From Daphnia carinata (taxonomy: Eukaryota), in contig NC_081333.1 in the NCBI RefSeq assembly GCF_022539665.2, positions 10,850,001 to 10,914,000 on the forward strand: a stretch of DNA of 64,000 nucleotides, read 5' to 3'. A program made the translations under genes and the position numbers. The notes under the pieces were generated by a model. The model ran no database searches and was not told where the DNA came from. It worked only from the letters and a program-made list of their open reading frames with translations. This document shows positions 53,936 to 64,000 of the stretch, one piece after another. Within the stretch, counting starts at the first letter, position 1. Every line of letters starts with the position of its first letter.

Positions 53936-56900
53936 ATGGCGCCGCAACAGCCGATGAACGTGGCGAATGATCCAGGTGTTTCCGACGAGGAGGAATACAC
54001 GGAAGATGAGGAGAGCCCGTTAACCAATAATGATATATATGGCGGCAGGTAACATTAAAATACTCTTTTAACAACTCCGTCGCATCATTTCGTGAGATCC
54101 CTCATGAGGATGATGCGAGAACGGTCACGTTGGTTCATCTACCGTTATAGATGTGTAACATGTGCCACCTGTTTCCCCTACATCACCGTTAGACGAAGAA
54201 GAATCCCATCTGTGGGCTCTTAGAGGGCCGTAACAGGATATGCAATCACGGCCTTATAAAGGGCAACTAGCATCTGTTTAGACCATTGATTCTTAGCACT
54301 TGGGTATTTTGGAACAGTCTGGGTTACTTGAACGGGATTCACAACAGTTGTTTTTATTGCTTGTTTAAGGAAAATCGAGTTTCAAACGAGAACAGACCAA
54401 ACTCTTTGTATTGTGGCGACGAATTCCATTTAGTTAACAATGGAACTGGTTTTCGTTTGAATTTAGTTTTCAAGGGTCTAAGGCTTGTCATATTTCATTG
54501 CAGACATGTTTGGAAATAGTAGATCTAAAAAGCATTTGACGATTCTTGTCACGAACCGGCTCAAACTATTCGTTCTTAGAAATCCCACCGTTCTTTAGAA
54601 ACAAATAAAAAAAAAGTTACTTGAACAGCGCATGATATTATATCCAACAGCATAATATGAATGGCGTAGACAGATATGGCGGATGTTTTACCTGACCTAC
54701 ACACCTTGCCAACAGCCTTTATTTTCCACAACTTTTCTCTTTTTGGTACTCTTTTCCAATTGGCAATTATAGTGAAAGTTTTCTAGTGCAGTCTCCTATC
54801 TTTTTTTTTTTCCTATTTTGTTGAAAGAGAAAAAACGAGGCCGAATCGAGTGAAAGGGAAGCGACAAGAAGACTGGATAATAGAATAAAAGCATAAGCCC
54901 GGCAGCTAAATGGTCTTTTGTGTGTATAAAACTAATGCCACCTCTCTCTTTCTGCACGTAGTCGACGTTTTACCCACTGAATATTCAATCAAATTTTCGA
55001 ATGCTATTCCATAGCCAAAATGTACGTCTCTCAGAAGGACGAACGAGATTGAAACATTGTTTGGTTATTTTCTAAAATAACGAACCTCGACTGGTCGTGA
55101 ATTGAAACCATTTTAAATTACGTCACGCCTCCATTAAAAATGAAAGCTTCAAGTTTACTTCTGGGGAGTTGTTACCAATGGGTTTTCTTGGGGCTGGGAG
55201 AGGGTTTTTGAAAATTCAGGTTGTTACACCTGTACTTACTACCTTCGCTATTTTTTTTTGCCACCTTGTCACGCAGTACATTACGTCGTGCAAGCTTTCC
55301 AACTATATTCCGTAGCTAGTGTCGTAATTTTTTTTGTCGCAATTCATGAACGTCTAGAACAAAGAAACATGGGGGATAGCGCTCCAGTTTGAAAATGTGA
55401 TGTGCCGTAATAATATGCAGTCAAGTCCAACCGTTATTTTACTGCCCCATCCCTCCCGTCTGGCAATCCTTTCTAAAAGTGTGGATGTGTATTTGGGTAT
55501 TCGACGAAATTAAGGTCATTTTTTCATCTGACTAGTGTTTGTTTGTTGCCCGCTTACTTTAGCGAATGTCCGACGGGCTATTCAATGTCTAGAACAGAAC
55601 CACACCCATACCAAAAAGAAATCCGAGGTCAACCGTGAACAAAAGAAATGCTTTCTATCCCTTTTTTTTTCCTACCCGTTCTCCTTGCAAGACCTTCGTG
55701 ATCTATATTAACTTAAACTAAACTTTCATAACTGCTGCAAGCGATCATTTCTTATTTTTTTAGTTTCTTTTTATCTTTATGAATTGTATGATTTTTTTTT
55801 CCTACAGCCAAAGAAGCGCAATCGACACGAAAGGATGGGACGTATTCCGCAATTTACCACCGGAAGATTTGAGTGGTTCCCTTGCCAACCAAAAGGTTGT
55901 CGAAATGACAGTCAAGATCTTCAAGGTGGTGGCCTATTTGTTGACATTCGTCGTCGTCCTCTCGGCTGGTGTCATCTCCAAAGGCACTGTCTTATTTATG
56001 ACCTCTCAAATCAAACCTGGCCGATCAACAGAATATTGTACTCGACGTACGTCAATTAGATATAATGCTTAATATGGAATTATTTTTTAATGATTCGTAA
56101 TTGAAAATTAGGAGCTGGAAGGTCCTTTCAGGCCCATTTGAGCGAAGATGAGCGTGTCTCATGGATGTGGGCGTTGCTATTCAGTTTCGTCATCCCCGAA
56201 TTCTTCATGTGGTTCCGGTCGTCACGTATTTGTTTCTTTCGACAATGGAAACGGCCGCGCTTTTTCGATTTTATGGTGGTCGTCGTCTTTGAGACGCTGC
56301 ACGTCATTGGTGTCGCCATGCTCATCTACGCCGTCTTGCCCAACATGAAGGTCGTCCAGGGCGCCATGCTCACTAATTGCGTCTGCCTTGTTCCAGGCAT
56401 TCTTGGTCTATTGTCACGCAATTCCAAGGAGTCTAAACGATTCGCCAAATCAATTGTCGACATCTTTGCTATCATGGCCCAGATTAGTGGATGTTTTCTT
56501 TGGGTTATTCCGGAGCTCAACAAAACCAACTGGCACCACGTCTGGATGTTGCCTGCATCGCTCATCTTAACATCGTTTGGATGGTGGGAAAATTACGTTG
56601 ACAAACATTCACCTATAGGTACGTTTGTAATCTTCTTGCATTAGACTGGAAATGGATTAACAATAATTTCGTTTTACTTTAGGTTTTGTCAAATACTTGG
56701 GCAAGATCAAAGAAAAGATGAAAGCCACTCGCTATTTCACTTACATTTTTGTTAGTGTTTGGAAAGTGATGGTCTTTTTCTGTTCAATGCTCTTGATCGA
56801 ACTCCTCACGGTCGGCAAGATGGACAACATATTCCTGTTCTTTATGCCTGGTTTCGGTGATCATAAAGTCAACTTGACGGAGCTCAGTACCAATAAATTC

Positions 56901-59900
56901 GCTAACCTAGACATTCCCGGTGCTGGACGATTGACTGAAACAGAAACCATCCCGGCATGGCCCAATACGGCTATATATCTTTGCGTCATTCAATCATTCG
57001 CTTCGATGCTCTGTTTCGGTCTTGGAAAGTTTGCCTGTAAAATTTGCATTCAGGTATGTTAGACAAATTATAGACAAGTTTAACGTGATTGTTCACACTA
57101 CCCTTTTTTGTTTCGTGATTCAGGGTTTCAGCTACGCTTTCCCCGTCAATCTGACGATCCCAGTGACCATTTCACTCTTGATTGCGTTTTGTGGCTTGCG
57201 AATTGGCAATCCCTGCATGTTTTCCGACGCCATACCACCGTATTTATACTGGGATTGCCCCAACGGCGACTTCCTCACCGAGGTTATTACCAATCAATAC
57301 GCCTGGGTCTGGCTCCTCTGGCTCCTTTCGCAAACTTGGATTACTCTCCACATTTGGACGCCAAAATGCGAGCGTTTGGCCACCACGGAAAAGCTGTTTG
57401 TCAATCCATTTTACTGCTCGCTACTTATCGACCAGTCGATGGGCATGAACCGTCGCCGAGACGATGAAAGTGACGTTAAAACGGAAGACATTGAGCTGGA
57501 ACGTGACGGCGTCGCCGATACGGACATGACACAATATTACGAGACCATATCCATCGGGACGGAATCGTCGACAGCCACACCCAAGACCGTCAAGGCTTCG
57601 GACAGCATCACCCGCATTTACACTTGCGCTACCATGTGGCACGAGACCACCGAAGAAATGTTGACCTTCTTAAAGTCCATCTTTCACATGGACGAAGACC
57701 AGTCTGCCCGTCGTGTCGCTCAAAAGTATCTCAAGGTGAGCGTCTCTAAAACAACGCCCAAATTCATTAGAATCATTGAAGGATGTTTTGTTTTTCCGCC
57801 CTTTTATTTTATCTGACATTCCGTGATTGTCCCTGAATTTTGAATTCTATTATTTTTTTTTAAACAGATCGTCGACCCTGATTATTATGAATACGAAACT
57901 CACATTTTCTTCGATGACGCTTTCGAATTGAGCGATCACAGCGATGACGATGTCGTTGCTAACCGATTCGTGAAACTCTTGATGAACGTCATGGACGAAG
58001 CGGCCTCTCACGTCCATCAGACCAACATTCGACTTCGCCCGCCCAAGAAATACCCGACACCTTATGGTGGCCGTCTCGTTTGGACACTACCCGGCAAGAC
58101 CAAGATGATTGCTCACTTGAAGGACAAGGGCAAGATCCGTCACAGGAAGAGATGGAGTCAAGTCATGTACATGTACTACCTCCTTGGACACAAATTGATG
58201 GAACTGCCCATTTCGGTCGATCGTAAGGAAGTCGTCGCCGAAAACACTTTCCTCCTCACCCTCGACGGCGACATTGACTTTTTGCCCAATGCTGTACAAC
58301 TCTTGGTCGATTTGATGAAAAAGAACCGAAACCTGGGCGCTGCATGCGGACGCATCCATCCCGTCGGATCCGGCCCTATGGTGTGGTATCAACTCTTCGA
58401 ATACGCTATCGGCCATTGGCTCCAAAAGGCTACCGAACACATGATTGGCTGCGTCTTGTGTAGTCCTGGTTGCTTCTCCCTCTTCAGAGGCAAAGCTCTC
58501 ATGGACGACAACGTTATGCGCAAGTACACGACCCGATCCGACGAAGCCAGACATTACGTCCAGTACGATCAGGGCGAGGATCGTTGGCTTTGCACCTTAC
58601 TCTTGCAACGTGGATACCGTGTCGAATACTCTGCCGCCAGTGACGCCTACACCCATTGTCCTGAAGGTTTCAACGAATTTTACAATCAACGTCGTCGCTG
58701 GGTGCCTTCCACTATGGCCAACATTATGGATTTGCTGGGCGACTACAAACGGACCATTAAAATCAACGACAATATCTCCCTGCCTTACATCTTCTACCAA
58801 AGCATGTTGATGGGCGGTACTATCCTTGGTCCTGGAACCATTTTCCTCATGTTGGTGGGTGCCTTCGTCGCCGCTTTCCGTATCGACAACTGGAGCAGTT
58901 TCATCTACAACTTGATTCCGATCCTCTTCTTCATGTTCATCTGCTTTGTCGCCAAATCCGAAATTCAGGTAAGACTGCATAAAGATGATCCAAACTTAGG
59001 CCATTAATTAATTTGTCTTTTTTTCTTCTATAGTTACTTGTTGCGCAGATATTATCCGCCTGTTACGCCTTAATCATGATGGCTGTGATTGTCGGTACAG
59101 CGTTACAGTTAGGCGAGGACGGAATAGGTTCGCCATCGGCCATCTTCTTGATAGCCTTATCAGGGTCGTTTTTTATAGCAGCCTGTCTCCATCCACAAGA
59201 ATTTTGGTGCGTCGTACCCGGTCTCCTCTACCTGATGATGATTCCCTCCATGTACTTGCTCTTGATTCTCTACTCTATCATTAACTTGAACGTCGTATCC
59301 TGGGGTACTCGTGAAGTTCAAACCAAAAAGTCTAAAAAGGTACGGGGGCTCTAGAAAGGCAACATAGTTTGATTAATTGACCAACTGTTTCATCGTATGC
59401 AGGAAATTGAAAGGGAGAAAAAGGAAGCTGAAGAAGAGGCCAAGAAAGCCAAAATGCAAAAGAAATCTGGCCTACTAGGATTTTTCAATAGTTCCATGAC
59501 AGATTCGGAAGAAGGATCACTGGAATTGAGTTTTGCAGGACTATTCAAGATCATGTGTTGTACCCATCAAAAAGCGGTTGACGAGAAGCAACAATTGCTT
59601 CGCATTGCAGACACATTGGAATCACTAAACAAGCGTTTAGACATCATCGAAAGGTATACCCGCTTTTACAAAACTTACGTATCTATGCTTATTTATCTAA
59701 TGGTTATCTTTGATCAACCAGAGCTGTTGATCCTCATGGTTTGGTGGGACCTCGTCGTCGATCCATGTCACGTACGTCACATAGAGGCGGCGGCGGTGTC
59801 GACGGTTTGGCTTCCGTCCACGAAAACGATGGTGGATCTAACACTGACGATAGCGATGACGAAAGTGACAGCGTTGGTAAGTCGTTTTTGTGACTTCTTG

Positions 59901-61342
59901 TTGGGTTGTGTCTCATAAAAGTCGCTTGGTTTTCCCAGAACCCAAAACGGAACGTGACGAATTGATCAATCCCTACTGGATTGAAGATAAGGACCTGAAA
60001 CGCGGAGAAGTGGACTACTTGTCTGGCCCTGAAATTCAATTCTGGAAAGACTTGCTCGACAAATACTTGTATCCAATCGACGAGAACAAAGAACAACAAG
60101 TGCGTGTTTGTTTTTTCGTGGTTTCGTGCTTTGCTTTATCGTTTAATGATTTGTTTTTATCTTTTTTTTGCATTAGGCTCGTATTGCGGCCGATTTGATC
60201 GAGTTGCGCAACAAGTCCGTCTTCTTCTTCTTCATGTTCAATGCCCTCTTCATCTTGATCGTCTTCTTGCTCCAGTTGAACAAAGGTGCCCTGCACGTTG
60301 ACTGGCCTTTGGGTGTCAAGACCAATATTACCTACATCGAAGAAACATCTGAGGTGCGTGACGAGAATCTATCTCTATTCAGCGTTGTATAAAACTATAC
60401 CGTTATTTTAACTAGGTTTTGATTACGAAAGAATATTTGCAGCTGGAACCTATAGGTCTTGTTTTCGTCTTCTTCTTCGGCCTCATTCTTATCATCCAGT
60501 TTGTTGCTATGTTGTTCCATCGTTTCGGAACGTTGTCCCACATCTTGGCCTCTACCGAGCTCAGCTGCTGCAGTCGCAAGGTAAAACCGTTTGTTTCTAA
60601 GCTCTTTAAAATTGATACTGTAACAATCTTTTACTCGTCTTAAAATAGGTCGACGACTTGTCGGAAGACGCTTTCATCGACAAAAACGCTGTTGAAATCG
60701 TGCGTAATTTGCAACGGCTGCGAGGCATTGACGATGCCGATGAAGATAACGAATCTGGTTCTTATCGGGATCGCATTGGCCATCGGCGAACAATTCACAA
60801 TTTGGAGAAACAGAAGCAGAAAAAACGCATCACTGGCACTTTGGATGTGGCTTTCAAGAAGCGCTTCTTTTCCATGACTGCCGAAGGCGAGATTGAAGGT
60901 AAACTTAACAGTTATTAATAGAAAGTAATGAATTTAACCAATGGTTCCGATATTTTCGACAGACACTCCGGTAATGAGTAACATGCGCAAAATACCTATG
61001 CGTCGTGAAACCATTAAAGCCTTGGAAGTCCGCCGAAACACAGTTATGGGAGAGGCCCGTAAACGCTCTACCATGCAAACACTTGGTGCTAATAATGAAT
61101 TCAATCGTAACAAGAATCGGCATCGTAACAAAGCAACCGTCGTTGGTAACACTGTCGAGCGCATTTACTCACTCAACGCTCAACTCAACCAGGTTGTGGG
61201 TAATTCGAATGCAGCCGTTCCCAATGAAGGTTATGAAATGAGCTCGGACGAAGATCGTTCTAATGTTACTCGCAACTCAATGCGCCATGCGCAACCAACA
61301 CCCCAGCCCGTCTTGGCTGAAGTGCGGAACAGTCAGTTGTGA
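53936..61342 (+). CDS. CHS1: Chitin synthase 1 / class A (krotzkopf verkehrt-like), ~1595 aa, 14 coding exons
   Basis: Exons 53936-54048, 55808-56046, 56112-56618, 56683-57053, 57124-57735, 57868-58968, 59034-59339, 59403-59653, 59722-59876, 59939-60099, 60177-60353, 60416-60580, 60649-60898, 60963-61342 (4788 nt, in frame). Motifs: KGWDVF, CATMWHET, LDGDIDF, QYDQGEDRW, QRRRW, SWGTRE followed by a charged coiled-coil-like stretch. Confidence 0.97.
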
Positions 61343-61764
61343 GCCGACAATGCTCAAACGATGCTGAAGAATCACTTCCTCTAAGTGAATCCTTCTACTC
61401 TTCCGTTCCTTCCTTCTGGCTTTTTTTTTTATTTTACAAAAAAATTATTAATGACCGTAATGGGACCTACTTACGATTGAGTGCTTGCACATGGCATTTA
61501 TTTGACTTGTAATTTTTAAAAGATGGACTATTCGTGTACAAAAAATATACATTAAAAATAAATACCCCTTGTAGTTTTTGCGTTGTTGAGAATGAGAATC
61601 ACAGAGAATAAGGGTCGGGTCTATTGTACCGACAGATTTTCGGTGCCCGACGATCTGGTAATGTTGCATGGGAATTATTTTTCTTATGTTTCCGCCGCCA
61701 TTGAGAATGAAGACAAATATTCGGTGTATTTCAAGGGTGGTTGGTTTAAGATGAAAACCAATAA

Positions 61765-63340
61765 CTGAATCGGAATCAGCGTCCAATTTTCATTATACTT
61801 TGTGTGAGTTTCGACGAATTCCAAGAGATATCGTTTTTTGCCGATTTTGGCAAAAGTGAGAAGGGTAGGCTATACCCTTCTCACTTTTTCGTTTTTGGCC
61901 AAAATCTAGAAATCGTTAAATATACATCATTTCAATTTGAAATCACACGAGGATCACGAAAATCAAAGTTATTTTTTCGTGGGACTGATAGTTCCAGAGT
62001 TATTAGACTCAAGTGGTTGCGGGGCTTGAAAAATAAGCCCTACAAAATAAGCCCGACATTTAATTTTTTTTTAATATTTTTAAAAACACAGACATGACAT
62101 TAAAAAACGTTATGTTTTTTAAATCAACGTTCAGTTTTGAACATAATACGTGGTTTTTATACATTTTCAAGAGATTTTGGTTTTTGTCCGATTTTGACAA
62201 AAGTGAGAAGGCTATAGCCTTCCCACTTTTTCATTTTTGGTTAAAATCTAGATTTCGTTAAAGATACATCTTTTCAATAGGAAATTAGACAAGGATCACG
62301 AAAATTGACGTTATTTTCTCGTGGGACTGATAGTTCCAGAGTTATTCGACTTTTACGTGGTTGCGGGGCTTGAAAAATAAGCCTGAATTAAAATTTCTAT
62401 AGATTTTCCTATAAAAAAATTATAACGGCTGATTTAGGGAGAAAAACACTTACATAATCGAACTCAGCATTTAATTTTGGCTATGCCATGTGATTTTTAT
62501 CGAATTCTAAGAGATATCGTTTTATGCCGATTTTGACAAAAGTGGGAAGGCTATAGCCTTCCCACTTTTTCATTTTTGGCTAAACTCTAGATTTCGTTAA
62601 AAATACATCATTTCAATGGGAAACCATACGGGGATCCCGAAAATCGACCTTATTTTCTCGTGGGACTGATAGTTCCAGAGTTATTAGACTTTTACGTGGT
62701 TGCAGGGCTTGAAAAATAAGCCCGACAAAAAAAGTCGGGCTTAAAATTTCTATAGATTTTCCTGTTTAAAAATAATAACGGCTAGTTTAAGGAGAAAAAC
62801 ACTTATATGATTTTTATCGAATTCTAAGAGATATCGTTTTATGCCGATTTTGACAAAAGTGAGAAGGCTATATAGCCTTCTCACTTTTTCATTTTTGGCT
62901 AAAATCTAGATTTCGTTAAAAATACATCACTTCGATTGTAAATCACACAAGGATCACGAAAATTGACGTTATTTTCTCGTGGGACTGATAGTTCCAGAGT
63001 TATTAGACTTTTAAGTGATTGCGGGGCTTGAAAAATATGCCCGAATAAATAAGCCCGACAAAAAAAGTGGGGCTTAATATTTCTATAGATTTTTCTATTA
63101 AAAAATAATAACGGTTGGTGTATGGAGAAAAACACTTACATAATCGAACTCAGCATTCAATTTTGGCTATGTCGGGTGATTTTTATCGAATTCCAAAAGA
63201 TTTCGTTTTTTGCCGATTTTGACAAAAGTGAGAAGGCTATAGCCTTCTCACTTTTTCATTTTTGGCCAAATTTCAAATTTGGCTTAAAATATATCATTTC
63301 GATGCAGAATTGAATGCTAATCACGAAAATTATGTTTATT
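61765..63340. repeat. Tandem array of about 5 degenerate ~340-bp units, each centred on a ~32-bp palindrome (satellite or MITE-derived)
   Basis: AAAAGTGAGAAGGCTATAGCCTTCTCACTTTT-type cores start at 61852, 62199, 62538, 62855 and 63224 (spacing 347, 339, 317, 369). The block CGTGGGACTGATAGTTCCAGAGTTATT occurs in four units. Confidence 0.92.
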
Positions 63341-64000
63341 TTTCAATTGGCCCTATAGTTTTTAAATTTAACGTAAAAAATATCGTGGGAAATTTGCCTC
63401 AAAAATCTGAAAAAACTGACACCCATTACTAATGGTTGAATACCCCAGAATACTCAAAATTTAATGCTGATTCCGGTAAAATTGTTCTTTTTTCATTAAG
63501 ACAATCGTTTTTTAAATAAACCTAATATTTGACACAACGCTAGCCCGCCAGTCTCCGGTAGGACATGGGTTAGTGTAGTACATTGACAACCCGTTTTCCT
63601 AGTGTAGGAGTTGAAAAATAAACAAAAATTTCATACTTAAATGGGGTAGCGCCAATACCTTCCAGTGGAAAGCTGGCTGTTGATATTATAGAGGTTTCGC
63701 ACTGTCATCTAGTGACAATCTACCTTCCAGTAATTTAAGGCATCACCGACTTAGGAATGGAACTTAAATTTAACAATTCTGTTGTTAGTATGGAAGGAAG
63801 GGCAATTGTGCAATACATGACGCTTTACAATTTATTTCTATCGCCTCATATGTCGAAAATAACTTTGTTCAATAAGAAAAAAGAATTTTATTCGCCTTGT
63901 GACCAAGTTATAAGTTTTGACATGCTATGGGGTCATCAGTCATAATAAAAAAATTTTATTTGATCGCAAGTGAAGACGAAATGAATAAATAGCAAAAATT

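Noticed and set aside
47477..58980. Long antisense ORFs over importin and chitin synthase exons
   Set aside because: Shadow frames of real coding exons with biased codon usage.
61765..63340. Array as a CRISPR locus or as coding ORFs
   Set aside because: Eukaryotic context; sequences between the palindromes are homologous to each other rather than unique spacers; no cas genes; frames are not conserved between units.
63540..63580. Possible Helitron 3' hairpin
   Set aside because: The stem is imperfect and is not followed by a clear CTRR terminus; no matching 5' end was identified.

Overview
Eukaryotic, intron-rich arthropod DNA. The many ~60-80 nt GT-AG introns, poly(A/T) and microsatellite texture and the protein sequences suggest a crustacean such as Daphnia (inference). 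About 1-42 kb has no convincing coding sequence and looks like a large regulatory or intronic region. The remainder holds four multi-exon genes assembled by hand: a peroxisomal D-amino-acid/D-aspartate oxidase (minus strand, 8 exons, ends SKL); a small SMIM13-like membrane protein whose stop codon is only 43 nt upstream of the oxidase ATG (candidate dicistronic unit); importin beta-1 (plus strand, divergent); and a chitin synthase 1/A-type gene (14 coding exons). A ~340-bp palindrome-centred tandem array lies near the end. Main observations: the SMIM13-oxidase arrangement, an in-frame alternative first exon adding 89 aa to chitin synthase, a candidate 5-nt microexon changing the importin-beta C-terminus, and symmetric substitutions in the array palindromes. 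All coordinates and homology calls were made by eye; no searches were run.
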